A program made the position numbers and the translations under genes. Shown here one piece after another: positions 11,310 to 25,190 of a stretch of DNA of 64,000 bases (positions are counted from its first letter, which is position 1; each line of letters opens with the position of its first letter). The notes under the pieces are model-generated. The model did not search any database and had not been told where the DNA came from. It was given only the letters and a program-made list of their open reading frames with translations. Origin of the DNA: Malacoraja senta (taxonomy: Eukaryota); contig CM075996.1 in the NCBI GenBank assembly GCA_038087875.1, positions 1,366,001 to 1,430,000 of the forward strand, in the 5' to 3' direction.

Positions 11310-12600
11310 ATTGGTGGTCTGGAGAAAGACATGAGTTCCTACGTCACTGCTGTGAGTCGGAGGATTGGTCCACCTTCAAGGACTCAGCGGCCATTCTAAA
11401 TGAGTACACCACTGACGCTAAAGAACTCCTTAGTAAATGTGTAGAGGATATGTGCTGAAGAAGTCGGTCCGAATGACTGTGCGATTCACTCCAGAGTGAA
11501 AACCAAGTGCGAGGTAGATAAAAATGCTGGAGAAACTCACCCGCTGTGTTTCTCCAGCTTTTTTATCTACCTTCGATTTTTCCAGCATCTGAAGTTCCTT
11601 CTTAAACAAACCAAGTGTGAGGTGTTCAGATCAGTTGATCCTGACCTGTGTAGGGAATTAGGTGTGACCTTTGCAAAGGCCTCAGGTGCCAAGAGACATT
11701 CCAAACCAAGTTAGAATCACAGACTAACTATGCAGACACTCCATCCGAACATAATAACGTGAAATCGGGCAGATTTGCTGACAACAACATCCCTCCATGA
11801 TAATTGTCGACACCGGTGTGGTGCGAGGCTGTGTTCTCAGCCCCTTGCTGTACTCCTGCACACTTAACACCGTCCGGCCAAATTCTGCTCTAACTCCTAT
11901 TCACAACTTTGCAGATGACACACTATTACGGGTCAGATCTCGAACAATGTTGAGACAGAGTACAGGAAGGAGGTAGTGCTTCACAGCATGCTACCAAGAC
12001 AACCAGCTCTCCCTCAATGTGTGCAAAACCAAGGAGCTGGTCATCGCTGCATGAAATGGTGTGATATTCACGCCCAATCTACATCAATGCTGCTCAAGTG
12101 AAAATGGTCAAGAACTTCAAGTTCCTAGGAGTCAATATCACCAGGGCCACCCACACTAGCACTACAGCCAAGAAAGCCTCCACTTACCAATGCCTCCACT
12201 TACTTGGAAGGCCAAGGAAATTTGGCATGTCTCCACTTAAACTTCCAAATTTCTAAAAACACACCATAAAGAGCATCCTAGCAGAATGCATCAGTGCTGG
12301 GCCCAGGGCACTTTCCCATCACACAGCAGAAACAAAAGCATGAAAGCATCCTTTAGCCTCCTTTTGCTCTGGTATTTTATTTCATTCACATGTTTAAACT
12401 ATAATGTTTTATTCTTAATGTATTAATGTTTTATGTTTTATTCTTAATGGTTTACTGTATGTCATGTTGTAACTTACGAGCGGAGCACCAAGGCAAATTC
12501 CTTGTATGTGTACACACTTGGCCAATAAATGTACTCATTCTTCTTCTTCATTCATTTACCACCAGATTCAAGAACATTCTGCTGTGATTAGATTCTTAAT
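11310..12600 (+). mobile_element. Degenerate Rex1/Babar-like LINE
   Basis: Decayed RT DNA (ggctgtgttctcagccccttgctgtactcc; tttgcagatgacaccact = FADDTT), similar to 41240-42003; boundaries approximate. Confidence 0.65.
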
Positions 12601-12825
12601 GGACTTCTTATAAGCTAAGGAAGAATTCATGGTCTTCCAATCATTGTCATTGCTTCCTTTGCCATTTGGCCCATATCCCTGTAAGCCTTTCTAATATTTC
12701 TTCCTGTTTCCAATTGATGTTTTTTTGTTTCAGGTTTCCAGCAGCTGCAGTTTCTCTTCATTTTAAAGTGTCGGTGTACAATTTTAATACCATAAACCTT
12801 TGAATATTTTTCCCTTTCTCCCAAG

Positions 12826-12930
12826 GCTTGGTCAGAGTTTTTCCGAGTGGCCGACCCTGATATAATTACCGGATACAATATTCAGAACTTTGATATGCCG
12901 TACTTGATCAACAGAGCACAAGTACTCAAG
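12826..12930 (+). CDS. POLD1: POLD1 coding exon (equiv. exon 10), Exo II motif
   Basis: aag|GCTTGG...CTCAAG|gtaaga; 105 bp; [35 protein letters not shown]. Confidence 0.97.
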
Positions 12931-13159
12931 GTAAGAATGTCGGCCCATTTTTATGCCATCCATAAACTACTTTAGTTTTTGTTATGCTTCGAGTTTCCTT
13001 ACCTTGACAATAGATTATGTTTAATAAGCTGCTGAATGGCTCTGAGCACATGAACTTTGCACAGCCTGGCTCAAATATCTCCAGTGCAGGTGAAGTAGAT
13101 CAGCTCTTTGTTCCTCTGCCACCACTTCAGGCAGTTAAAATACTTGATTGAAGGACACA

Positions 13160-13430
13160 GCAAGGCAACAGGCACTCTGAGTCCACGCCCACTATCGATC
13201 ACCCATTCACACCAGTTCTATGTTAACACACTCTCACATCCACTCCCTACACACTAGGGGCAATTTACAAATGCCAATTAACCTACAAACCCGCACGTCG
13301 CTGAGATGTGGGAGGAAGCCCATGTGGTGGGAGACATGCAAACTCCACACAGACAGCACTGAAGGTCAGAATTGAACCCAGGTCTTTGGAGCTATGAGGC
13401 AGCAGCTCTACCCCGCTGCACCACTGTGCT
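13160..13430 (-). mobile_element. HE1-type V-SINE
   Basis: Reverse complement of the consensus seen at 28808-29127. Confidence 0.75.
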
Positions 13431-14933
13431 ACACTTGACAATTGAAGACCATTTATGATGCAAAAGGAAGATATTAGCCATCCAATCCATCATCAGTACC
13501 CAAATTGCACGTTCTGCCTCTGCCCCAAGCCTTGTGGGTCACATCTCCAAGTACATATCCAGACTCCCTTCAAATGTCTGGAATGTTTCTCCGTTTACTT
13601 CCCTTTCAGGTGGCAAGTCTCAAACCTCTACCACCCTCTACATGAACAAGTTTGTCCTCATCCCGCCCTCTAATCCTGCAAATAATTGTGTGTCCTCACG
13701 TTGTCGACTTCTTTGCTAAGAGAAATAAGCCCTTTCTGTTTATTTTGGCCACTTCCGATTTTACACATCTTAAGCTCCATTTGGTCTTCTCTGTTCCAAA
13801 GAAAACAGCCCCAACCTAGCCAATCTTTTCTTGTAGCTATAATGTTCCAATCCTGGCAATATCCTTGTAAATCTCCACTGTAAACTCTCCATTACAGTCA
13901 GTGTTGCGATCCGAGAGTGCACAAGATTCGAGTGTCGTAAGTGTATATAATTTTAGAAACTTCCCTGCTTTTATATACTGTGTGAGACCCCTTCTTTACT
14001 CTGGACCCGAAACATCACCCATTCCTACTCTCCAGAGATGCTGCCCGTCCCGCTGAGTTACTCCAGCTTTTTGCGTCTATCTCCGGTGTAAACCAGCATC
14101 TGCAGTTCCTTCCGACACATTTATATTCTGTCCCTCAGCTAAGTAAGGAAACCATCCTCTCTTAACTATCTTAATGACCTGTCGGGATTTGTGGACACGA
14201 TGTTCAAGGTTGTCTGTTCTAACGCATTTCCCACTATGCTCCCATTTGTTGCACATACCCTGCTTGTAGCTCCTCAAGTGCGTGAGCCCGCTTCCCCTTT
14301 TGATTAATTCCAGCTTCATTCACAAGAGTGCATTGGAAGGTTATTCTTCACTCTTAACCACATGGGCAATTTTTATATCCTATGTAATCTTCTTTATTAT
14401 CCCCGCCCTTAAATCATTCAGACTTTCAACAAAAGGGACCCTGGACCCATTCACGCCACATTATCCTTTCTGCTGAAGCAAATTGGCACAGCCACGGGGA
14501 TAGTTTGTGGACCAAGCTTCAGTCTAATCCCCCTGCAGAGATACGGCGCTGCAGTGTAGTAGATGTTCTGTGCATTAGAAAACAGCATGGAGGTCTCCCA
14601 GCTTTCACTAATCTGGTTATCTAAACAAATGATCATGATGCACTGATATCCTTCGTGGGCACAGCGGGTTGTTTTCTCAGCGCCAGGGATCCATGTTCGA
14701 TCCTGACCACGGGTGCTGTCTGTATGGATGTTTGGACATTCTCCCTGTGACCTGCGTGGGTTTTCTCCGGGTGGTTCAACTAAACTAAAACCAAGTCCGA
14801 ACCTTGTTGCACTCTGCTGGTAAGCCTTAAGGGCCTGTCCCACTTAGGCGATATTTCAGCGGACTGTCGATGAGTGTCAAGCTCGCGGCACTCGCTGAAA
14901 AACCGAGAAGTGGAACGGCGAGTGTCAAGAGTG

Positions 14934-15134
14934 GCACACACACACACATACACACACACACACGCACACACACACTCACGCACGCACACACGCACACACA
15001 CACACACACAGACACACACACGCACACACACACTCACGCACGCACACAGACACACATACATACACACACACGCACACACACTCACGCATGCACGCACGCA
15101 TGCACGCACACACACACGCACACACACACACACA
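14934..15134. repeat. Compound (CA)n/(CACG)n microsatellite
   Basis: Direct reading. Confidence 0.95.
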
Positions 15135-15560
15135 TCGCAAAGGCGGGGGCCAGGGAAAGTGGGGGAGCGCTGTCTGAAATTCACACGTGCAAAGCCAAGG
15201 TGATACAGACACACACAGATCAGGAAGGTTAAGATGGCTAGCACAGTGTACGGTAGGTCCTTTAAAAGAGCGGGGAGGGGAGAAGGGGGGGGGGGGGGGG
15301 GGGCGAGAAGGAGTGGAGACACTTTTAAGAAGCCAGACAACTTTTAAGAAGCCAGAAATACACAGCTGTGAAGTTTGGCGGGCATTTAACATTATCGGTC
15401 GGTTTTTCCTTGGTTCTGAAAACTCGTGCTTACTATTTTTTTCCCCCAATGAGCCAATGAAAATGCCCGGTCAGCAAAGGAGATTAACTAAAACTACCTA
15501 CGACTACCTCGACTACCTACAACGACATGGCGACCCCACTACCACTGTACCTACGACTAC

Positions 15561-16121
15561 AAAGTCACAAGTCAAGTCAAGTCACATTTATTTATATAGC
15601 ACATTTAAAAAACAACTCTCGTTGGCCAAAGTGCTTTACATTAGTTATAAGAATAGCACAACAAAACAAACTACATACATATATACATGTAGCCCTCACT
15701 CAGAGGGACGTCAGGAAAGGCTTAGGAGTATAGATAAGTTTTTAGTCTTGACTTAAAAGAGTCGATGGAGGGGTCAGTTCTGATGGGAAGGGGATGCTGT
15801 TCCACAGTCTAGGGGCTGCAACCGCAAAGGCGCGGTCGCCCCCTGAGCTTATGCCTAGACCGCGGGATATTCAGCAACCCCAAGTTGGCCGATCTGAGGG
15901 GCCTGGAGGTGGAGTGGTGGGTGAGAAGACTTTTTATGTAGGTGGGGGCAAGCCCATTGAGGGCTTTGTAGACATGGAGGAGGATCTTGAAGTTTATACG
16001 GAAACCGCACAGGGAGCCAGTGGAGAGAGGCCAGGATCGGGGTGATGTGGTCCCTTTTTCGGGTGCCCGTCAGGAGTCTCGCTTGCGGCGTTTGGGACCA
16101 GTTGCAGGCGGGACAGGGAAA
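15561..16121 (-). mobile_element. 5'-truncated L2 LINE
   Basis: Minus-strand, frameshifted RLQLV.NAA...HITPILASLHWLPV...RAFAVAAPRLWNS; 3' end gtaaagcactttgg...tgctatataaataaa followed by (tgact)n. Confidence 0.85.
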
Positions 16122-17140
16122 GATCGATTTTCACCATGGTTTTCACCGTGATTTTCACCATTTCACAAAAGTATCGATTTTCACCATGGCGACCAATTTT
16201 TGGTCGCAGAACATTTTTCAACATGTTGAAAAATTTGCTGCGACCATTCTGAGGCCGCGACTAGTTACCAGAATGCGGGAACTCCTCGCAACCATGAAGG
16301 AGACTCACCAGAGACCACCAGCGAACATGTGGCGACCATGAGGCGAGAACAGAGTCTCCTGCACTCGTCTAAAAAGTCGCCAACGTAGGACAGGCCCTTT
16401 ACTGCCACAAAATTTGTCTATCATTAATACTTCCTGCACTTTTCGATCCATTTTGCCATCTCTCCCTCACTGCACATATACTCAAATACCCCCTTTGGGG
16501 ATCGAAATTCTATCAATTGTAATTTTAAATGAACAAATGAACTAGCCTTGGTTGCTATATCTAGAAGTGAGTTTGAGTTCTATCTCCTGTTTCCCATTCC
16601 TGAAAGGACAGGACTCAACCTTTTGAGGTTATGTCCCCAAATCTTAGATTTGCTGATCGGCTGAGGTGCTTTTTATCTTGCTTGTCAGTCTCTTTAATAT
16701 CTACAAACCTTAGTCAGATCTCCCTGGTGGCTTTCAATTTATGTTCAACGTCAGCATTTGAAATTGATTACAAGAGAACTGAGTCAATAATATCAGCGTT
16801 TTGAGCCTCTTCATTCCACAAGTCCTTCTGTTTTATCCAGGTTGCTAATGTGCACGACAAGTCAGATAATTACGGGTGAGTTGCATTGGCGTGTTTACTG
16901 GTCGGACTGATGGCACTGCTCATGGATAAAAATGAGAAGAAAATCTTCAACTGTTTTCAATTCCAATGCTTTGCAAATGGCAGGTAGGAGGTGGTTTGAA
17001 GACCTGAAGTAGATTGGTCATTATTTGTCACCCTATGGTGTGTGGAACATTTGAAAGGCACTAAAAATGTAAATGGTCATGAGGTAAATCGTCGAGAGAG
17101 AGAGAAGGTTCGGTTAAAGAAGGGTTATAGCGATGGACTC

Positions 17141-17336
17141 AGAGTGCTGGAGTAACTCAGCGGGTCAGGCAGCATCTGTGGAGAACATGGATAGGTGACG
17201 TTTCACAGAGTGCTGGAGTAACTCAGCGGGTCAGGCAGCATCTGTGGAGAACATGGATAGGTGACGTTTCACAGAGTGCTGGAGTAACTCAGCGGGTCAG
17301 GCAGCATCTGTGGAGAACATGGATAGGTGACGTTTT
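17141..17336 (-). repeat. 3 x 66-bp tandem array (same unit, opposite orientation)
   Basis: cagagtgctggagtaactcagcgggtcaggcagcatctgtggagaacatggataggtgacgtttca x3. Confidence 0.9.
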
Positions 17337-18523
17337 GAGTTAGGACCCTTTTTCAGTTTGACCATTCCATGTTATCCTGAGATGCTGCCTGACCTGCTGA
17401 GTTTCTCCAGGACTGTTTTTATTTGTAAACCAGCATCTGCAGTTTTCTATGTCTCCATTTTAAAGGTGGGGAAGGGTGGTGAAGTTATTGTGGTATCGGC
17501 TTGTGGTATTTTTACCAAATGGCTTGTATCTGTGCTATAAATTAGGCATAAAGAAGACATTTGTCTATTCCCTTTGTTCCAGCCACTGAGAGGGAGGGCA
17601 ACAATCTAAGATTCTTATTGCCCAGTGGCCATTTAAGAACAGCAAAAATGGCTGGCTAGGAGATGATGCAAGGAAGATTCACCTATAGTACCAATGCAGA
17701 GAGTTTAGTTATGTGGGGCAAATGTGGTATTGTTCAGAAAATATTGATACAGATGCCCAGCATCGTGAATGATAGACACAAAATGCTGGAGTAACTCCAG
17801 CGGGACAGGCAGCGTCTCTGGAGAGAAGGAATGGTGATAGCATTTTTATGCTTTTTATGCCTTCTGACTTCAAATGCATTTCCTTTGTTCTCTGATCAGC
17901 CCCCACCTCATCTTACAAAGCCACTCCAGCATCTCTGGAGAGAAGGTATGTATGATAAACCGTTTCCATGGACAGAGGTATTGGTGACTAGCATAGCTGA
18001 TGCGAGTGAATGGTCTCTATAGCAAGATTAAATGTGATTAGACCGCATTGTATGGAGGAGGATCAATTCCAAACTCCCATAAATATCTGAAAGGGGCAAA
18101 AGTACTGGGCTGTGGGGAAGGAGGGAATGTTTTCACTCATCCAAGAACCAATACTCATCTAATGGCAGCCTCCTGTGAAATATTCATTGTATATAGGCTC
18201 AATCTGTCCAGCAGTTTCCTTTCATGCATTGATTGATGCCTCTTGTGGTCTTGTGGGCGAGACTAGAAATTTAGTGGATGAGGCTTGTGATCGAATCTCA
18301 ATACAACCATTTTTCTGAATTTTTTTTTTGTGCTAAACATTCTTCCTGTCTCTTGGCGTCTGTGAGACTGGGGAAACATGACCGGTGCCAAAATAAGATT
18401 TTGTCGGTTGGGAGTTGGCGAACATAAAAAGATCAGATTCGCCAATGCTTCTGTCTGGTTTGTCCATTCAAAACTAAACTTGACACTGGCATCAAGTAAG
18501 AATCGGAGTCTACTGTTTTTCAG

Positions 18524-18664
18524 GTGTCAACTTTCCCATTCCTGGGTCGTATTCCCTCCTTAAAGTCAGTAATCCGGGATACCGCATTCCAGTCACGTCA
18601 GATGGGTCGCAGGGAGAACAAAGTCATCAACACAGAGGGAAGAGTGCAGTTTGATCTCCTTCAG
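18524..18664 (+). CDS. POLD1: POLD1 coding exon (equiv. exon 11)
   Basis: cag|GTGTCA...CTTCAG|gtgcgt; 141 bp; VSTFPFLGRIPSLKSVIRDTAFQSRQMGRRENKVINTEGRVQFDLLQ. Confidence 0.97.
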
Positions 18665-18714
18665 GTGCGTGAAGCTGTTCAAACCAACGGATTCCACAGT
18701 ATTGACAATTGACA

Positions 18715-19043
18715 GTTTTTTAGTTGTAGTTTTAGTAATACAACGCAGGCCCACCGAGTCCACAACCGACTAGCGATCCCCGCACACTAACACAAACCTC
18801 TACACACACTAGGGGACAATTTACATTTGTACCAAGTATACAAAGCCAAGCCAATTAAGCCACAACCCTGTACGTCTTTGGAGTGTGGGAGGAAACTGAA
18901 GATCTCGGGGAAAACCCACGGGGGACACGGGGAGAATGTACAAACTCCGTACAGACAGCACCCGTGGTCAGGATCGAACCCGAGTCCCTGGCGCTGCAAG
19001 TGCTGCAAGGCAGCAACTCTACCGCTGTGCCACCGTGCCGCCC
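18715..19043 (-). mobile_element. HE1-type V-SINE
   Basis: Reverse complement of consensus; full head, V-domain and tail. Confidence 0.85.
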
Positions 19044-19847
19044 TAATTGTGGTGACATGCCTTTGCCCCACTATGAGCAAGCCTCAGAATGGTCCTATTA
19101 GTGTAACCGCACCCTCTGCTGTTTATTAATTCTCAACATCTAGATTCAGTCCTAGATTGTTCCAAGACATCATTTATCAGGAGCAATGCAGCACACCTCC
19201 AGATTCAGGGGCAGTTTTTTCCCAGCTGTTATCAGGCAACTGTTCAGGGCAGCTCCACCAAAACGAGAGAGCAGCCCTAAACTACTATCTACCTCTTTGA
19301 TGACCCTCGGACTATCCTTGATTGAACTTTGCTGGTTCACCTTGCACTTAACATTATTCCCTTAACATGTATCTATACACTGTAAATGGCTCGGTTGTAA
19401 TCATGTATTGTCTTTCCGCTGACTGGATAGCACGCAACAAAAGCTTTTCACTGTACCTCGGTACACGTGACCAGAAGCTAAACAAACAAATTAACTAATC
19501 TATATTGACACTCCCCTTTCTTTCCTTCATCTCTCGTGTAGGCCGTTTAAGAGGGTTTTTGATAGGCATATGGAGGTGCAGGGCAAAGAGGGATATGGAT
19601 TACGTGCAGGCAGATGAGACCAGTTTAACTTGGTTTCATGTTCAGCATAAACATTGTGGGCCGAAGGGCCTGTTCCTGTGCGGTTCTGTTCTATGATCAA
19701 TCCGTGAACATTTGGACTCCATACCTGCCCATTTTTTTTGTAATCAGGTGCCTGCTATTGCCATTACATCGTGGGTTTTGAAGCAGCTTGGTAAAGAAGC
19801 AAACTTTTCCTGTTTGCTGACTTATTTGTGGTAATATGTTCCTTTAG

Positions 19848-20018
<171 letters not shown>

Positions 20019-21754
20019 TGAACTAAACACGATTTAGAATGTTTGTTGGGGGCAAGAAATCTCCCAGAATGGTTCCTCTAACTTGGTTTCAATGGGGTGG
20101 CTTGGCACCCATCGAGTCTGCTCCGCCATTTGATGATGGCTGATCTATGTTTCCTTCTCAATCCCATTCTCCAGCCTTCTCCCCGGAACTTTTGACACCC
20201 GTACTGATCAAGTTATTACTTATTAATCAAGTTAGATCAAGTTGTCAATGTCAACAATCAGCAGTATTCCAATGATAGACACCTAAAGCTGGAAGAACTC
20301 AGCGGGTCAGACAGCATCTCTGGAAAAAAAGGAATGGGTGATGTTTCGGGTCAAGACCCTTCTTCAGATCCTTCTCTCCAGAGATGCTGTCTGTCCCACT
20401 GAGTTACTCCAGCTTTTTGTGTCTATCTTTGGTTTATACCAGCATCTGCAGTTCCTTCCCGCACAGTAGTATTCCAATGTTGGTCAAAAAGGATTATACT
20501 CTTGAGAGTAACTATCTTGTCTGCGGGATCCACTTGTGGGACAAATTAGAAAGATGATGAAGAGGTGGGTGATCTTTGAGATGGTTGCTGCAAGTCTATG
20601 TACTGCTCTACTTCAGTCATGTGCTTACTTGGACTCAATATTTTACCTTAAAAATCACCGTTGAACTGTGGAGAAGCTATTGCAATAAATAAATAAAACC
20701 TATACAAATGTATTGAGGACATTTTTAATATTCAATCTGTAACTAATTGAGTTATTTGTAAAATAGAATTTACAATTAGTAGAAATTATTGCTATTGATA
20801 TATTTACTGAGTTTAAACAACAATTTTGAGAATTGTCAGAAGTTTTCTGATCTGTGCACTACAAGCAACAGCTGTTTTTTCTTCCCTTTGTTGTCTCTTC
20901 GAATCCCGTATGTCCAGAGTTAAGAACAGCTTCTCCCCACTGCTATTAGACTCTTGAACCAATCACCTCTTTTACACCTCTTCCTAGAGGTGCTGCCATG
21001 TAGTCAACTCTTAACATTGCCTCATTAGATTAATCTGTTAGTGTATTGTAATACTCTGTATACTAAAGCCAACTTGCACTTTACGCGTGTTTGATCAATG
21101 TTTTTGAAATAACACGCTTGTTCCTTTAACACCAAAGCTTTACTTGCTAGTGTTTTAAAAGTGCAGTCGCGTATATGTGTAAATGACATGTTCCCCGCAT
21201 GTAACTCGTATGTAAAACGGTGCCTGGACATCAGATTACACCACAATCCTGCACTATCCTGCTGTTTGCATTCATTGTTGTATTTATCATTACGGTATGT
21301 AACAGGACCAGAGGTCACAGCCTCAGAATAAAAGGACATACCTTTAGAAAGGAAATGAGGAGGAATTTCTTTAGTCAGAGAGTGGTGAATCTATGGAATT
21401 CATTGCCACGGACGTCTATGGAGGCCAAGTCATTAGGTATTTTTAAGGCGGATATTGACAGATTCTTGATTAGTACGGGTGTTAAGGGGAAAAGGCAGGA
21501 GAATGGGGTTGAGTGAGAAAGAAAGATCATCCATGATTAAATGGTGGAGTAGACTCGATGGGCCAGGTAGTCTAATTCTACTCCTATGACTGATGAACAT
21601 GTATACTGTGTACTCTGCAGGCTTCATGTTAACAAGGAATTACATGGTAGCCTGGTGTACATGACAGTAATCTGAAACTTCTGTTGCCTGCACCTTTTCT
21701 TCACTGCGAGACCACTCCTTGTTCACCTCCTCACAACTATTCTGTTTGGTTTAG

Positions 21755-21946
21755 AATGGTAATGAACAGACTCGAAGGCGGCTTGCTGTTTACTGCCTGA
21801 AGGATGCCTACCTGCCCCTCCGGCTGTTGGAGAAGTTGATGTGCGTCATTAACTACATGGAGATGGCGAGAGTTACAGGGGTACCTCTCTCCTACCTCCT
21901 CTCACGTGGCCAGCAAATCAAAGTCGTTTCTCAGTTGCTCCGACAG
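21755..21946 (+). CDS. POLD1: POLD1 coding exon (equiv. exon 13), Exo III motif
   Basis: tag|AATGGT...CGACAG|gtaaga; 192 bp; [64 protein letters not shown]. Confidence 0.97.
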
Positions 21947-22007
21947 GTAAGAAACTATGGTAGTAACAAGAAACTGCAGATGCTGAAAAAGGCACAAAAA
22001 AACACAA

Positions 22008-22205
22008 AGTGCTGGAGCAACTCAGCGGGTCAGGCAGCATCTGTGGAGAACATGGATAGGTGACGTTTCACAGAGTGCTGGAGTAACTCAGCAGGTCAGG
22101 CAGCATCTCTGGAGAACATGGATAGTTGATGTTTCACAGAGTGCTGGAGTAACTCAGCGGGTCAGGCAGTATCTGTGGAGAACATGGATAGGTGACGTTT
22201 TGGGT
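22008..22205 (-). repeat. 3 x 66-bp tandem array just downstream of exon 13
   Basis: Same unit as 17141-17336. Confidence 0.9.
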
Positions 22206-22447
22206 CGGGACTGAAGAAGGGTCGTGAACCACTGAGTTACTCCAGCACTTTGTGTCTTTTTTTAAGAATCCATCCTGGCGCTCTTGAATTAAGCATCAGT
22301 TATCTGTGCTCATTCAAACAATATGGAACCCTCCATACAATGAGAATCTCTCCAAACTTACCAGATGCAGATAAGGTAGAAATTCAGAACCTTTTCAAAG
22401 ACTAGAGCACGTAGCTTTACGGTGAGAGTGGCAACGTTTAAAGGAGA

Positions 22448-22797
22448 CTAGACCAAGTGCAGACCCGTTGGGTCTGGACACCGAACGTGCTTAAGACCCC
22501 TGGACACTGAACGTGCTTCAGAACCCGGGGGTTTTAGAGTCCGAACGTGATTCATACACCGGGGTGAAAATCGCTAGCGAAAAAAAGATGGCGTCGTTTT
22601 CGGAGCATAGGTGGTCGACAGCAGCCATTATGGTGGCTGACCAGCAGGAGGAGACAAAATGAGTGAGTGGGGGGTGTGGGGGGTGATGGATTTTGTTAAA
22701 AAATGTGTACATAAATACGACGAAATGTAATCAGGAGTGGCTAATCGTAAAGAAAAATGAAATCTCTACCGAAATGGAAAAAATCTCGGCGTTGCTG
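22448..22797 (-). mobile_element. Helitron-like 3' end fragment
   Basis: Minus strand ends CAGACCC-aac-GGGTCTG hairpin, 8-nt spacer, CTAG followed by T. Confidence 0.65.
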
Positions 22798-22961
22798 TCA
22801 TTTCTACAAAACCAAAATGTATAAAAATGGCCTTTATTAAAATCTGACAATGTGCACTTCAGCCACATGTGATTTTTTTCTATTACAAATCTCAAATTTT
22901 GGAGTACAGGGGCAAATAAATAGACGATGGGTCTTCGTCCCAAACATTATGGAGGGCACTG
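22798..22961. mobile_element. Tc1/mariner terminal fragment
   Basis: Ends ...gtcccaaacattatggagggCACTG, i.e. a CAGTG-starting TIR on the minus strand. Confidence 0.6.
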
Positions 22962-22964
22962 CAT

Positions 22965-23180
22965 ACTCATACCACTGGGCTGTAAGCTGCCCAAGCGAAA
23001 TATGAGATGCTGTTCCTCCAATTTGCGTTTAGCCTCGCTCTGAGAATGGAGGAGTCCCAGGACAGAAAGGTGTGTGTGGGAATGGGAAGGAGAATTAAAG
23101 TGTTTAGCAAGTGGGAGATCAGGTAGGTTCAGGCGGACTGAACGAAGGCGAAACGATCTCCCAGTTACCGTTTGGTCTCG
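22965..23180 (-). mobile_element. Penelope-like GIY-YIG fragment
   Basis: Homologous to 5415-5574. Confidence 0.75.
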
Positions 23181-23457
23181 TCCATCTCTAAACCTTTCCT
23201 ATCCCGAGTAAATGTCTTTTAAATGCAGTCGTAGTACCTGCTCAACTACCTCCTCCGACAGCTCATTCCATATGTCCACCACCCCCTGTATGGGGAAAAG
23301 TGCAAAGGTCGTGCGTTCTCCTGTAAGCTCTCCTCGTATTTATTTATTATATTGCTATATCAGGTAAAGTAGTTGTTTGAAAATAAGATTTGCAAAGCAG
23401 TTGTAGTGTGGTTACGGTACTGGAATAAGCCACTGCATGAGTTGTCTGTGTTGCTAG

Positions 23458-23546
23458 GCAATGAAGCATGACCTGGTGATGCCTGTGGTGAAGACAGAGA
23501 CCGGAGAGGACTATACTGGGGCCACTGTCATTGAACCCGCTAAAGG
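23458..23546 (+). CDS. POLD1: POLD1 coding exon (equiv. exon 14)
   Basis: tag|GCAATG...AAAGG|gtaagt; 89 bp; [30 protein letters not shown]. Confidence 0.96.
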
Positions 23547-25073
23547 GTAAGTCTCACCTACACGACACCGCTTTGCTGTAAACCGTACCTGGGCTGAGTT
23601 TACCATGTTATGCAGCTTGTACTCGTTTTTCTTCTCCTCACGATTTCAATACTGTTCTTCAATCTTTCCCACTCAAAATCTTCAGCCTCGCAAATCTACA
23701 CTTGGCATCAACTCATTGATCTAATTATATTACTGTTGTCTCCATTAATAATGCGGCAACTTTTTTTTAATGACTCTTTATCGTTCTGCCTGCACAGAAT
23801 ACTCACGCGCTCTTTAATCTTTTGTCAATGTTGATAGAATGATTTTCCCCTAGGGCTAAGAATTCAGAGTAAAGATGTAACTAGGAAATGTGCTTCTGTG
23901 TAAATGCCACCCAATGATCTTTTTATTGCTCCATACATTATGAATAAAGAGAACACAATGTTATGATAATTGTTGTGTAATTTGACACCTTCCCAGTCAT
24001 TAATTAGTATTGACAGATTATCTGTGCCTCTATTCATAATTAAAGATTACCATATAAATTGTTTAAATTTTATTATTTGGAACACATTATTCGAGGAAGG
24101 TCTTTAATTCTAATCCAAAACGGTTACTGGAAATGATGATCAAAGTCATTTCTTTTTTCTGTCCAATTTAGCGAACGTACTCTCTGGTACCATTCCACAA
24201 CTTCCAGCTTTGTTGGACTGAACTTTGAAGCTGTGAGTCTGAGGAAGGGTCTCGACCCGAATCATCACCTATTCCTTTTCTCCAGAGATGCTACCTGCCC
24301 CTCTGAGTTTCTCCAGTTTTGCATGTCTATCTTTGGTGTAAAGCAGCATCTGCAGTTCCTTCACACACACCTTGCTTGACAGACATAGCTTTTTCAAATG
24401 ATGTTGATCCTTTGCAAGGGTTGGTCATCGGGGACTGCAATGTCTTCAATTGTCAGAATCAGCTACTCCAGAGAGCTGTGGCTGCTCAGCCATTCAGTAT
24501 ATTCAATGCTGGGGACAACAGAATAAGGTTGTCACGCGCGGTGGACTGGAGCAACAAAGTAGAAGTAGGCGAGACACAAGAAACTGCTGATGCTGGAATA
24601 GAAACATAGACAATAGGTGCAGGAGTAGGGCGTTCGGCCCTTCGAGCCAGCACCGCCATTCAATATGAACATGGCTGATCATCCAAAATCAGTACCCCAT
24701 TCCTGCTTTCTCCCCATATCCCTTGATTCCATTAGCCCTAAGAGCTGAACCTAATCTTGAGGAAAAAAAACTGTTGGAGGAACTCAGCAGGACAGGCAGC
24801 ATCTGTGGAGGGAATAGACAGACAGACAAATGATCCAGACTTGGATCAAACTAGGAACCTTGCTGTTTCTATGTCTAAACTTTGCTTAAATCTTGGCCAC
24901 CTGAGTTATTGTAGAATGTTATTGAGGCAGCAAAGAAACCTCCAGGGAAGTCAATGCTTTTCATGTTTATTCTCTGCCTATCTGTCCTTTGTAAGATCGC
25001 ATCAAAGGATACAAAACAACGTGTCTCCTGCCATCCTTCACATTTTTAATTTAATTGTGCTTTTCTTCTGCAG

Positions 25074-25190
25074 TTATTATGATGTTCCAATTACCACCCT
25101 GGATTTTTCTTCCCTGTACCCATCCATAATGATGGCACATAACCTGTGTTACACCACTCTGCTGAGGCCAGGGGCTGTGGATAAGTACAG
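25074..25190 (+). CDS. POLD1: POLD1 coding exon (equiv. exon 15), polymerase motif A
   Basis: cag|TTATTAT...TACAG|gtgcgt; 117 bp; [38 protein letters not shown]. Confidence 0.97.

Larger units (their letters stand above)
14830..16398. mobile_element. Non-autonomous PIF/Harbinger-type DNA transposon with nested L2 and (CA)n
   Basis: TIRs AGGGCCTGTCC / GGACAGGCCCT; TTA TSD at 14827-14829 and 16399-16401. Confidence 0.8.

Noticed and set aside
14780..15449. His/Thr-rich and Cys/Val-rich ORFs (also 42197-42613)
   Set aside because: Translations of (CA)n microsatellites.
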